Shown piece after piece: positions 52,742 through 62,639 of a stretch of 64,000 nt of DNA. This DNA comes from Candidatus Marinacidobacterales bacterium (GTDB lineage: Bacteria; Acidobacteriota; Vicinamibacteria; Marinacidobacterales; DATDRI01), in NCBI GenBank assembly GCA_965219415.1, contig CBDCNP010000002.1, positions 3,168,001-3,232,000 on the forward strand, written 5' to 3'. Numbering within the stretch: the stretch's first letter is position 1; each line of letters starts with the position of its first letter. The position numbers and the translations under genes were made by a program. The notes under the pieces are model-generated. The model searched no databases. It was given only the letters and a program-made list of their open reading frames with translations, and was not told the origin of the DNA.

Positions 52742-53389
52742 CTATTTTACCAATCCCGGGAATTTCTCTATGACGCCGTTCGAAATGAGCTCGACGGCTA
52801 ACGCCGCCAGGATGAGCCCCATGAGGCGGGTGGCCACGTTCATTCCGGTCTGAGATAGCACCGCCGCGATGCGCTCGGCGGAGCGCAATACCAGGAAGAT
52901 CGAAACCGAGACCAAGAAGGCGGCCCATATCGCGGTGGCATCCTCGACACGGCTCTGGGTTCTTGCGGCGGCGAGGATCATCAAGCTGATCGCCCCCGGG
53001 CCCGCCGGGAGCGGGATGGCGAGCGGGACAATGGCGACGCTATCGCTTGCTCCTGATCGCTGCGCTTCTTCTTCCTCTAGCTCGGTCTGTTTCGATTCGA
53101 CGCGACGAGCTTGAAGCATCGACCAAGCCATCCCGAAAATGAGGATCCCGCCGGCGATTCTGAGAGATGCGATGCTGACCGAAAGGAACCGGAACAGCGT
53201 TTCACCGACCACGTACGCAATGGTGAGCGTGAGAAAGACACCCATCGAAGTACGAAGGGGAATCCGTTTGCGTTCCGCCGGCTTCTGGTGGCGCGTGAGG
53301 CTGATGAAGACCGGAACGGTAAAGAACGGGTTCGCGATCGCGAAGAGCGAGACCAGGAAGATGAGAAAGTCGTCCACGTACTCCATCAT
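52742..53389 (-). CDS. marC: MarC family membrane protein
   Basis: FAIANP, RIAGG, VPLAIP..AGPGAI, RLMGLILAA. Confidence 0.92.
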   Translation of the reverse strand: MMEYVDDFLIFLVSLFAIANPFFTVPVFISLTRHQKPAERKRIPLRTSMGVFLTLTIAYVVGETLFRFLSVSIASLRIAGGILIFGMAWSMLQARRVESKQTELEEEEAQRSGASDSVAIVPLAIPLPAGPGAISLMILAAARTQSRVEDATAIWAAFLVSVSIFLVLRSAERIAAVLSQTGMNVATRLMGLILAALAVELISNGVIEKFPGLVK

Positions 53390-53401
53390 GTTGAAGACTC
53401 C

Positions 53402-53947
53402 TCAGTTAACACCAATTCTCCGTCGCGCATTGGCTGCGGCTTCATCGAAGGCGTGGTCTAGTGCGGCGTTGATCCCACGACACCCGGCCACCACCCGAGT
53501 CGCGAACTCTACGTACTCCGCTTGCCTCTCCCGAGACCATCCAGCCGGTGGGCCCTTCGCAATGTCGCGGACGTTGCATGTCTTGTCCGCGATCTCCAGT
53601 TGTTTGGCGGCGTCGGACATCGTCGGCGCCGACGTCACCTGAAGTTCCTTTCGAGCGGACTTGGGGAGCGACTTGTCGTCGGTCACCTCCTCCACCAAAC
53701 CTCGCACTTCCGACCCGAATCGCTCTTCCAGCTCTTCGAAAGTGGTCTCAGTGTCTTCAATGGTGTCGTGCAATAGTGCCGCGGCAAGAAGGGTGTGATC
53801 GGTCATACCCGCTTCGGATGCCAGGACATTGGCGACGCCGAGCGGGTGATTGATGTACGGGGATGCTTCCTTGTCCTTTCGACGCTGATCCCGGTGCTTC
53901 CTTGCCGCGAACGAGGCTGCTTCGAGTACGGTGGCCAGATTCACCAT
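53402..53947 (-). CDS. HD-domain small alarmone hydrolase (Mesh1-like)
   Basis: KHRDQRRK, PYINHP, LLHDTIEDT, EVTDDK, ADK..N. Confidence 0.92.
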   Translation of the reverse strand: MVNLATVLEAASFAARKHRDQRRKDKEASPYINHPLGVANVLASEAGMTDHTLLAAALLHDTIEDTETTFEELEERFGSEVRGLVEEVTDDKSLPKSARKELQVTSAPTMSDAAKQLEIADKTCNVRDIAKGPPAGWSRERQAEYVEFATRVVAGCRGINAALDHAFDEAAANARRRIGVN

Positions 53948-53953
53948 GTCACT

Positions 53954-54955
53954 CTAACGCAACAGCAGCGGCAGTACACTACTCTCGAACGGCGAAATGA
54001 CCGCCGTCCAGACCACAAACACGGCAAGGATGCTGAAGAGCGCGACTCGCGCCAGCTTCTGCCGCGGGCTACTCTCGACCCGGGCAAGCTCCAGCAGACG
54101 ATCCCATGGAATCCAAAACGCATAAGTCAGAAAAAATGTGCGGAAGGTGGCCCTCATGGTGACCGCGAATCCTACCTGCATGAAGAAGAGGCACGGGAGG
54201 ATCACGATCCGGGCACGACGGCTGAAGAGCGTGAGCGGGGAGAGAAGCTCGAGAGCCAGGGCGCCAATGGACAGCACCTGACCGAGGAATACATGGCCGG
54301 CCAGCCAGTGAGAAAGAGGGCCCAAATCGATGACCTGCACGGTGAGGGCGAGGTTATCCGACAGAAACCACTCGGGCCCGCCCAGGCGAAGCTTCGCAAT
54401 GCCACCGGCGAAGAAGACGGACACGAACACCAACTGCATCAATCGCACCGGCCAGGCGTAGGTCCCGCGCGCCACTTCTTTAGAGACGTAGTCGGTGCGG
54501 CTTCGCAGTCGTCTCACCAGCCTGTCGAGCGAGAAAGCGTCTCCACAGCGGGACATCGCGAAAATACCGAACATGATGAAGAAGTGCCCTTCCGCTGGCT
54601 CGACGAAACCGAAAGATTGACGCATTCCGAAAAGATAGAGTCCGCTGAGAAAAGTGACGGCGAAGGCGGCCCGCGAGAAGAGGCCGATGAACCCAAGGGT
54701 CAAGGCAACAAAGAAAATGCGCTGGAGCGACTGAACGAACGGGGTCGACGGTATGTCGATTCCGAGCGCATGTATGAGCGGAACCGGCAACCAGAATGCG
54801 TCGGAGACTTGGAGCCAATGCGAGAAATCCCAGGACAGGTGAGACCAGAGGAACAGACCCGACACCAGCGCCCGTGTGAGCCCCAGGTTCTCGGGCCCCC
54901 ACGGTTGGAACCAGAGCTGGTTCCAGACTCTACGGATCCTCGTTGACATTGTCAT
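53954..54955 (-). CDS. HTTM-domain membrane protein, copy 1
   Basis: WNQLWF, GLFSR, FSLD, WPVRLMQ, FFAGGIAKL...W. Confidence 0.8.
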   Translation of the reverse strand: MTMSTRIRRVWNQLWFQPWGPENLGLTRALVSGLFLWSHLSWDFSHWLQVSDAFWLPVPLIHALGIDIPSTPFVQSLQRIFFVALTLGFIGLFSRAAFAVTFLSGLYLFGMRQSFGFVEPAEGHFFIMFGIFAMSRCGDAFSLDRLVRRLRSRTDYVSKEVARGTYAWPVRLMQLVFVSVFFAGGIAKLRLGGPEWFLSDNLALTVQVIDLGPLSHWLAGHVFLGQVLSIGALALELLSPLTLFSRRARIVILPCLFFMQVGFAVTMRATFRTFFLTYAFWIPWDRLLELARVESSPRQKLARVALFSILAVFVVWTAVISPFESSVLPLLLR

Positions 54956-55514
54956 TGGGTACGACCTCGAAAATGAGCTCGCGGTGGGGGAGTGAGGGTG
55001 CACGGGTCATCGCGTCGGTCAAGGAGAGGGTGGCAGGATCCGAGAAATCCCGCTTCATAAGGTAGAGCCTCATCCCAACCAGAGAGGGTTCGTCGGCCAT
55101 TCGGTTCTGGTTGTATCGATCCTTGATGTTGAGCAAGGCTTTGCGTACCAAGAGCTCGTTGGCTTTGGCTCTCGCCCTCAGATCGGCGACACCGGGCTTC
55201 GCCGGCCCTCCCGCAAACATGGATCCCGACCGTCGATTCCCCAGCATCTTGTTGAACGCCATCATCATCGAGACTGGGTACTGGGGTGTCACGTGCCTTG
55301 ACTCCACGACGTGCTCTTTGCCATCGCCGTCAACACCGACTGGGAACAGAGCGAGGTGTGCCGCCACGTCCCCCCTCGACCAGTAGGTGGACCAAGAGCT
55401 CACCGTATGAGCAAACATCGGATAGTTGTTGAAGGGCCAGGGCTTCGCGTCGAGACCGATTGCAGTGAGGATGCTCGCTAGAACGATCAGGATGGTCGCG
55501 TTCGCCTGCCACAT
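54930..55514 (-). CDS. HTTM partner protein, copy 1
   Basis: N-terminal TM, WPFNNYPMF motif; paralog of 56535..57110. Confidence 0.75.
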   Translation of the reverse strand: MWQANATILIVLASILTAIGLDAKPWPFNNYPMFAHTVSSWSTYWSRGDVAAHLALFPVGVDGDGKEHVVESRHVTPQYPVSMMMAFNKMLGNRRSGSMFAGGPAKPGVADLRARAKANELLVRKALLNIKDRYNQNRMADEPSLVGMRLYLMKRDFSDPATLSLTDAMTRAPSLPHRELIFEVVPNDNVNEDP

Positions 55515-55542
55515 GACTCGTTTATACCTTATCCGACGAGGA

Positions 55543-56538
55543 TCAACGCAACACCCAGGGAAGAACCGCCGTCCAGCCCACGAACGTGGCTAACAGGAGG
55601 GCGAGTACAAGCCGGGCCAGCGTCCTACGCCTCGGCCGCCCGCCGCGAGCCATGTCGAGGAGGCGATCCCAGGGAATCCAAAACGCGTAGGTCAGAAAAA
55701 ACGTCTGAAAGAGTGCGCGCATCGTCACCGCGAAGCCTATCTGGAGTAGCAACAAGCACGGAACGATCACGATGCTGGCACGCCGACTGAAAAAAGCGAC
55801 GACGGAGAGTAGCTCGAGCGTCACCGCCCCTGCGCCGAGGATTTGGCCGATGAGTACTTTCCCGGCGATCCAGTGTGAGAGCGGCCCCAGGTCGATGACC
55901 TGAACGGTGAGTGCGAGGTTGTCCGAGAAGATCCAGTCGAGGCCGCCCAGACGCATTTTCCCGACGCCACTCGCGAAGAACACCGATACGAAGAGAAATT
56001 GCATGAGACGCACCGGCCAGGAGTAGCTTCCCCGCTGCACCTCCTCGGCAACGTGGTTGGGTCCGCCTCGCATCCGCCGGATCAAGCTATCGATGGAAAA
56101 CGCGTCCCCGCACCGCGACATGGCAAAGATGCCGAACATGATGATGAAGTGTCCTTCCGCGGGAGCGATGGAGCCGAACGATTGGCGCACGCCGAAGACA
56201 TAGAGCCAAGTGAAGCACGAGATCGCGAAGGCGGTTCGCGTAAACAAGCCGACAAATCCGAGTGTCAGCGAGACGAGGAAAATGCGCTGCAGGAGCCTAA
56301 TGGCGGAAGCCGAGGGGATGTCGAGCCCGAGCGCGCGAAAGAGAGGGATCGGTATCCAGAACGCGTCGGAAACTTCCGTCCAAACGGAGAGATCCCACGA
56401 TAGATGAGACCAGAGAAAGAGGCCCGACACCAGCATTCTAGAGAGGCCCAGATTTTCGGGCCCCCAGGGCTGGAACCAGAGGTTGTTCCAGACCCTGGTC
56501 AACGAGCTCAGACGCCGGGTGAGGGCTCGACTCATCAT
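55543..56538 (-). CDS. HTTM-domain membrane protein, copy 2
   Basis: Collinear with copy 1; FFASGVGKM...W. Confidence 0.8.
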   Translation of the reverse strand: MMSRALTRRLSSLTRVWNNLWFQPWGPENLGLSRMLVSGLFLWSHLSWDLSVWTEVSDAFWIPIPLFRALGLDIPSASAIRLLQRIFLVSLTLGFVGLFTRTAFAISCFTWLYVFGVRQSFGSIAPAEGHFIIMFGIFAMSRCGDAFSIDSLIRRMRGGPNHVAEEVQRGSYSWPVRLMQFLFVSVFFASGVGKMRLGGLDWIFSDNLALTVQVIDLGPLSHWIAGKVLIGQILGAGAVTLELLSVVAFFSRRASIVIVPCLLLLQIGFAVTMRALFQTFFLTYAFWIPWDRLLDMARGGRPRRRTLARLVLALLLATFVGWTAVLPWVLR

Positions 56539-57110
56539 CGAGATGGATCCGGCATGACCTCGAAGATCAGTACACGGTGGGGAAGTGTTGGCCCGCGCTC
56601 CACCGCATCACTCAAGGAGAGCGTTTCGGGGTTCGAGTAGTCGCGCTTCATGAGATAGAGCCTCATCCCGATCATGGGAGGCTCCTCTGGCGGGCGACGC
56701 CGGTTGTAGCGTTCCTTCAGGTCGAGGAGGGCCTTGCGTAGGATGGCCTCCCGCTCGGTGGCCCTTGCCCTGAGGTCGGCCACGCCGGGCTCCGCCGGCG
56801 AGCCTGGAAAGATAGATCCTTGCCAATTCCCCAACATCTTGTTGAAAGCCATCATGGTCCCGACCGTGTGGTGGGGTGACAGATGCCGCGGTTCTAAGGC
56901 GTGCTCTCGCTGAGGTTCTTCGCCGTCGACCCCGAGTGGGATCAGGGCAAGATGGGCGGCGACATCCCCTCGCGCCCAGTAGACGGGCCACGACCGGACG
57001 GTGTGAGCAAACATGGGATAGTTGTTGAAGGGCCACGGCTTCGTGTCGAGGCCGATGGCGGTGAGGACGCCGGCGAGGACGAACAGGATGGTCGTGTTCG
57101 CGCGCCACAT
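56535..57110 (-). CDS. HTTM partner protein, copy 2
   Basis: MWRANTT start; WPFNNYPMF; overlaps the HTTM start. Confidence 0.75.
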   Translation of the reverse strand: MWRANTTILFVLAGVLTAIGLDTKPWPFNNYPMFAHTVRSWPVYWARGDVAAHLALIPLGVDGEEPQREHALEPRHLSPHHTVGTMMAFNKMLGNWQGSIFPGSPAEPGVADLRARATEREAILRKALLDLKERYNRRRPPEEPPMIGMRLYLMKRDYSNPETLSLSDAVERGPTLPHRVLIFEVMPDPSR

Positions 57111-57136
57111 GCCTGAGAAGCTCTTGTTCCCTTTTT

Positions 57137-57238
57137 CCCTCTCCCCTCTGGGGAGAAGGCCAGGCGTCAACTAGATGTCGAGCTCATGATGGACGCCAAA
57201 ACAGCGTGTAGCTATCAATCAACGTAGCCAGTGAGGGG
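57137..57238. repeat. REP-like palindromic unit interrupted by a 63-bp insert
   Basis: ccctctcccctctggggagaaggccag ... gccagtgagggg; gccag direct repeats at 57159 and 57227. Confidence 0.4.
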
Positions 57239-58498
57239 TCAGGATAGTTCAAAGCCACATACATTCAGTGCGGCAATAGCGTAGATCTTCGTCTGATTCA
57301 CTAGCTCTTCGATCGTCAGGTACTCGTTCGCCCGGTGGACCCGAGAAATATGGCCCGGCCCATAGGTGACGCCGGGAATGCCTCGCGCCAGGAACGGCTG
57401 AAGCTCGCCTGATCCGACAATCGAGCCATACGCGGCGTCGATGCCCACCGCCTTTGCGGCGTCTTCGATGGACGTTACCAAGGGACCGTCCTCTTCGATC
57501 TCGAAGGTCTGCCGTTCGCTGAAAACCGTTACATTGCCGATCTTGAAGTCCGGATCCGACTTCTGCAGCTCCTCGATGATCCGGTCTATCTCACCGCGGA
57601 TTCTTTCCGTCGAGTACGGAGCCACCACCCGAATTTCTAGACCCACCTTGCATGAATTCGGTATGTCTCCGAAGCGTTTGGCTACACCCTCCACCGCAAC
57701 GACATTGAGGCTTTCTCTTCCCTGCCGCGGTCCCTCCTTGAGCTCGACTCCTTTTAAGGCTTCGATGAACTTTGTCGCTTTGTCGATAGCGTTGACGCCG
57801 TAGGGAGTGGCCGCGTGGGCGGTCTCACCGACGATCTCGAGCTCGAGGATGAGCCTGCCTTTGAAAGAGCCACAGATATTTTCCAACCCTGATGCTTCGC
57901 CGTTGATGATCATGTCCGGTAGGGGATAACCGGCGTCCTCGAGACCCTGCTCCGCCAGGAACGTCATGCCGGGCCACTTGAGGTGATCAAATCGCCCTTC
58001 ATCGTCGACCGAAGATATCAGCATGAGACTGCCCTTGAGTTGGACCCCCAGGTCTCGAAGCGCTTTGGCGGTGAACACCTGGGCCACCATGGCTGCCTTG
58101 GCGTCGCAGGTTCCTCGTCCCCAAACTCTCCCACCGTCAACCGTGCCCCCGAAGGGGTCGAATTGCCAGTCGTCGGGATCGTCGATATCGACGACGTCCA
58201 TGTGGGTGCCCAACATCAAGACAGGGCCGTTGTTCGCGCCGTCGATCATACCCACGACGTTGGGTCGAGGATACTCGAGCCCTACCTGTTCGACCTTTTC
58301 CTTGGGGGCACAGATGAAATCGGTCCGGACCCCGGCGGCCTCTAGCTCTTCCTTCATCCGTTCCGAGAGGGCTTCGTACTCGCCCGGGGGGAAAACGCTG
58401 GGTAGGCGCACCAGTTCGCAGAATAGGGACACCAACGCGTCCTGGTGCTCGTCGACGTAGCCGATGATCCTCTTGGCAGCGGCGCCATTTTCGTGCAT
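57239..58498 (-). CDS. M20 metallopeptidase (ArgE/DapE-like), paralog B
   Basis: Same motifs as 48922 and collinear with it over the full length. Confidence 0.9.
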   Translation of the reverse strand: MHENGAAAKRIIGYVDEHQDALVSLFCELVRLPSVFPPGEYEALSERMKEELEAAGVRTDFICAPKEKVEQVGLEYPRPNVVGMIDGANNGPVLMLGTHMDVVDIDDPDDWQFDPFGGTVDGGRVWGRGTCDAKAAMVAQVFTAKALRDLGVQLKGSLMLISSVDDEGRFDHLKWPGMTFLAEQGLEDAGYPLPDMIINGEASGLENICGSFKGRLILELEIVGETAHAATPYGVNAIDKATKFIEALKGVELKEGPRQGRESLNVVAVEGVAKRFGDIPNSCKVGLEIRVVAPYSTERIRGEIDRIIEELQKSDPDFKIGNVTVFSERQTFEIEEDGPLVTSIEDAAKAVGIDAAYGSIVGSGELQPFLARGIPGVTYGPGHISRVHRANEYLTIEELVNQTKIYAIAALNVCGFELS

Positions 58499-58623
58499 AC
58501 CGTATACCCCTCTGGAATCGCCCATTCTATCAGAAAGTGCCCGGCGGTGGTGGTTTTCGTGCAATATTCAGATTTCTAGGATGGCTCGGGGAGTCAGTAT
58601 TGTTGTCCCGCCGAGGCCGCGGC

Positions 58624-58887
58624 TCGCAGTCCATGTACTGGGCCATCGTGACGATGACCACCGTGGGCTACGGAGACATCGCGCCGCAAACGGTCTTGGG
58701 AAAGACACTCGCCACCGTTATCATGATCCTCGGCTACGGGATCATCGCCGTACCCACGGGAATCGTCAGCGTCGAGATGCACGCGGCTTCGAAGCCGACC
58801 GTCAGCACGCAGGCCTGCCCGAGCTGTTCCAGCGAGGGACACGATGCGGGCGCCAAGTTTTGCAAGGACTGCGGCGCGCGTTTGTAG
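58624..58887 (+). pseudogene. C-terminal fragment of a potassium channel (pore, last TM helix, zinc ribbon)
   Basis: [14 protein letters not shown] filter; CPSC...FCKDCG; N-terminal helices missing. Confidence 0.8.
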
Positions 58888-58901
58888 ACGGCTCCCCTGC
58901 G

Positions 58902-60085
58902 TCAGCCATCACTATCATTCGGCCCCCTGCGACGACGGTTCACCATCTCGGCGCTCTCTCCATCGCGACAAATCGTCCGTTCTACGACGGACTTGCGGGT
59001 TGGGTTGTCATAGTCAAAGGGACGTCGGTCCAGGAATTTTGCTAGCGAGTAAAGCCAGGAGCTCGAGCGGTATCTTGGTGAGGATGGGACTCAACGGCTC
59101 CGGCACGCCGGTCGGATACTCCCAAACGCTGGTGGCCTCGACGCAAAGGTCTGTCTTTTCTGGGACAACCAGGGCCAAGGAGCCTTTGAGGTCGCGGACC
59201 GCCTGAGCCGTGGGGCCAAGCCGGTCCTGCAGGATGCCCTCTGCCCCAATCAATACGGGTATGGAGCTCCGGGCCGGTGAGGAAGTATTGCTCATGGGCC
59301 CACTCTTCCAGTTCCTGGGTGACCCCGAGAACGAGGCCCGCTTCCAATAACTTGGCGACGCCGAAGTGCGCGGTGGCCCAATTGGGTCCGCCGCCGACGA
59401 GTACGAGAGGTTGCGGGGCGTTCAAGGTCTCCACGTACTCCATCACTTTGTCCTGATTGTGTTCGGCCACCTGTCGGACCTTGCCCAAGGCATCGGAAAG
59501 TGACCGACGTGTGGTCTGCGCCTCCTCGGCGGCAAGCGTCCCTTTGCTGAGACCGAGTGATAGGGCGAGTTGATAAAGTGTCACGATGTTCGCCAGAAAG
59601 TAGACGGTCTGGGGCACCGGTCCTGGCTCCCGTACTCTGATTCCCATGTCGGTCACGTGCTCCGCGACCGAATAGATCTTGCTCTTGGGCGTGCCGGTAA
59701 TGCCGAGGGTGAGGGCACCTTGTTCCTTTGCGCGAAAGAGACAGTCCAAGGTTCTTTCCACTTGCCCCGACACCGATATGCCGATGACGAGACTTCCCTC
59801 GGGCAGGCGGTCGGCTAGATACCGAAACTCCAGGGATTCGATCGCCTCCGCCCAGAGTCCGATCCACTCTTGAAAGGCCAGCCGGGCGGCCATGCCGGTG
59901 TAATACGAATCACCGCAACCGACAAAAAAAACTCGTCGCGCATCGGTAAGGGGACTTTTTGCTCCAAGATCGGTTATTTGCTTTTCGATGACCGGCAGCT
60001 CGGCGGCTACTTTTTCACCTTGATGGTGAATGTCTTCGAGCATCATGGAGTGGATCTGATGTTTCATGGCCCCGTTGTCTCCCAT
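58902..60085 (-). CDS. Double SIS-domain protein (FrlB/GlmS-like), frameshifts near 59255 and 59040
   Basis: FVGCGDSY, ISVSG, KLLE, EEWAHE; reconstructed C-terminus RRPFDYDNP...*. Confidence 0.82.
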
Positions 60086-60090
60086 ATTCT

Positions 60091-60984
60091 CTATAGATCG
60101 ACGATGCGTTCGCGCACTTCCTTCGCGCGCGCGTCGACGGCTGCCTCCGGAGTCCCGAGCGCGTGGAGGCCGCCGAGGTTTTCGACCACGAACGAAGCCG
60201 CGACGGTCCTGCTGACCGCGGCGTTCTTCGGATCGCGGGTGCGTGCATAGTTCCCGCAGAAAGCACCGCAATAGGCATCTCCCGCACCCGTCATGTCGAC
60301 GGACTCCGTTTGGTAGATGGGGACGCGCCAAGCGGTCTCGGTCTCGCGGCTCCAGACCAACGATCCCTCGTCGCCCATCTTGATCGCAACCACCTCGGGG
60401 CCAAAGTCGCCGAGGCGGCGACAGGTTTCCAGGGAGGGCTCGACGTCCCACCGGCTGGGGAGAAAAGCGGTCACACTCGCCAGCACTCTTTCGAGCCGTT
60501 CGCGGCCGGCCCGGTCAAGAGGGACATGAGGTGCGTCGACGCTAACCGTCATCACTCTCGAGGCAAACTCTTCTACCAGCGCTTGCTGGCTCGACACCGG
60601 GATGCTTGCAATGTGAAGCGCCTCGGCCTCGAAGTAGTGAGGCGGGATGTGCTTGGGCCGAGGGTCCATCTGTTCGTTGGTACCGGAGTCCAGCCAGTTG
60701 ACCAACTGGCGCTGATTCGCACCCTCGTGGAGCGCCCACACGTGCAGGGACGGCGTGTCGACACGGGGGCAACCGTCTAGCATGAATCCGGCGGCGGCGA
60801 GCGCATCCAGATTCTCTTGTGGATAGTCTTTACCCACCAGTGCCAGCAGCGCTGGCTTCGCACCTGCCAAGAGCGTTCCGACGCCCGCATAGAGCACGTT
60901 GCCGCCGGGTGCTTTGCGGACCACTCGGTCGTCGAGCAGCACCGTGTCGTCCAACGTGAATCCTCCCGCTATGACTTGCAGCAT
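60091..60984 (-). CDS. PfkB family carbohydrate kinase
   Basis: PGGN, KMGDEGS, DMTGAGDAYCG. Confidence 0.9.
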   Translation of the reverse strand: MLQVIAGGFTLDDTVLLDDRVVRKAPGGNVLYAGVGTLLAGAKPALLALVGKDYPQENLDALAAAGFMLDGCPRVDTPSLHVWALHEGANQRQLVNWLDSGTNEQMDPRPKHIPPHYFEAEALHIASIPVSSQQALVEEFASRVMTVSVDAPHVPLDRAGRERLERVLASVTAFLPSRWDVEPSLETCRRLGDFGPEVVAIKMGDEGSLVWSRETETAWRVPIYQTESVDMTGAGDAYCGAFCGNYARTRDPKNAAVSRTVAASFVVENLGGLHALGTPEAAVDARAKEVRERIVDL

Positions 60985-60994
60985 GTCGCTCCTA

Positions 60995-61789
60995 TTAATT
61001 CGCGGCGATGACGCCGTAGCCCAGGCTTCGTGTAATGATGGCCGACACGAGAAGGATCGCCATGACGACAAGCGCCAGCCGGTCGCCTGTTGAATAAGTG
61101 AGCTCGCGCAGAGACGTTCGATGCGGCCGCGCGTCGAATCCTCGCACCTCCACCGATAAGGCCAACTGATGAGCCACTCGGATCGACTCGATGATCACGG
61201 GTGCCATGATAGCGGCATAGCTCTTGAGTCGTTTCATGAGGGCACCCTTTTCGAGCTCGAGGCCGCGCGCCCTCTGCGCTTCTAGAATCGTTTGTCCGAC
61301 GCCAATCATGGTGGGTAGGAACCGGAATGCGGTCGCGAAGGCGAAGCTCGCCTTGTAAGGCAACCCCAGCCGGTTGAGACCCAGGACGAGGTCGCGCTGC
61401 GTTGTGCAATACATGAGCGTCGTCGATGCCAGGATCATAACCAAGATGCGACAGGCCATGGCCACGCCGAAACCGATCCCCAAATCGGTCACTTGAAACG
61501 GACCCAGTTGGAAGAGCGGCTCGCCGTGCTTGAAGAACAGTGGCCACATGACTACTGAGATCGCGGCAAGGGCGGCGAGCCCTTGCATCAGTTTTAGGAT
61601 TCGGTGGGGGGGAATGCCGCCCGCCAGGCCCAAGAACACGACAAGTACAAGAACGGGACCGAGGATGAAAGGGGAACTGAAGAGCACGCTGAGGGCGAAA
61701 GTCACCAGCACCCCGATGACCTTGGTCCGTGGATCGGCCAGGTAAAGGAAGGAGTCACCGGGTTGGTACAACCGAAAGGAACTAGCCAC
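60995..61789 (-). CDS. ecfT: ECF transporter T component
   Basis: DPRTK, RFLP, AQRARG, EVRGF. Confidence 0.92.
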   Translation of the reverse strand: MASSFRLYQPGDSFLYLADPRTKVIGVLVTFALSVLFSSPFILGPVLVLVVFLGLAGGIPPHRILKLMQGLAALAAISVVMWPLFFKHGEPLFQLGPFQVTDLGIGFGVAMACRILVMILASTTLMYCTTQRDLVLGLNRLGLPYKASFAFATAFRFLPTMIGVGQTILEAQRARGLELEKGALMKRLKSYAAIMAPVIIESIRVAHQLALSVEVRGFDARPHRTSLRELTYSTGDRLALVVMAILLVSAIITRSLGYGVIAAN

Positions 61790-62639
61790 GGCCCTGCCTG
61801 CGGTTCACAAGTTTCACCCAAGCCGAGGCCGTTTCTTCGATGGTGAGGCTCCCGGGATCCATGCCTAAAGGTGCCAGCGCTTGAGCGAGGCGGGTGATCT
61901 GGGGTGGCCGGAGAAAAGTGCGCGCCAGTACATCGGGCTGTGCGAAGACGTCTCGGGGCGGTCCGTCTAGCAAGATTCTTCCCTTGCAAAGGACCACGAC
62001 ACGGGAGGCATAGTCGGCGACGAGTCTCATGTCGTGTGTGATCATCACCAAGGTGTGTCCCTGTTCGTTCAGGCGGCGCATGAGCTCCATCATCCCGACC
62101 CCGCCTCGCCAGTCGAGGCCGGTGGTGGGCTCGTCGACGACGAGGAGCTCGGGCTCGATCGCCAAAATAGAGGCGACCGCCAATTTCTGTCGCTCACCTT
62201 TCGACAGTGAGAAGGGGTATTCGTCCAGCGAACGATCGAGGCCCACGGTCTGCATGATGTCTTGCAGGCGACCGGAATGGTCGCTGCCGGTGCGGTCGAC
62301 GTTCCGCAGACCAAACTCGAGCTCCTCACCGACCGTGGCGGAGAAGATTTGATGATCTGGATTCTGATAGCAATAACCGACATGGACCGCCAGCTCGGCG
62401 ACCGATTGCTGGCGCGTGTCCAGTCCCTTCACCAGGACGCAGCCCGAACCGGGTTTATGAATGCCGTTGAAATGCTTCGCCAAGGTCGTCTTTCCGGCAC
62501 CGTTTTGGCCGATCAAGGCGACGAACTCGCCGGGGTAGACGGCGAGGTTGATCTGTTCGAGCACCGGGACGGAGTCATACCCGAACAACAAGTCTCTGAC
62601 GACGACCAGCGGATCGCCCGTGTTAGGCACGTGCTCCAT
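61782..62639 (-). CDS. ecfA: ECF transporter ATPase
   Basis: GQNGAGKT, QNPDHQ, LSKGE, DEPT. Confidence 0.92.
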   Translation of the reverse strand: MEHVPNTGDPLVVVRDLLFGYDSVPVLEQINLAVYPGEFVALIGQNGAGKTTLAKHFNGIHKPGSGCVLVKGLDTRQQSVAELAVHVGYCYQNPDHQIFSATVGEELEFGLRNVDRTGSDHSGRLQDIMQTVGLDRSLDEYPFSLSKGERQKLAVASILAIEPELLVVDEPTTGLDWRGGVGMMELMRRLNEQGHTLVMITHDMRLVADYASRVVVLCKGRILLDGPPRDVFAQPDVLARTFLRPPQITRLAQALAPLGMDPGSLTIEETASAWVKLVNRRQGRG

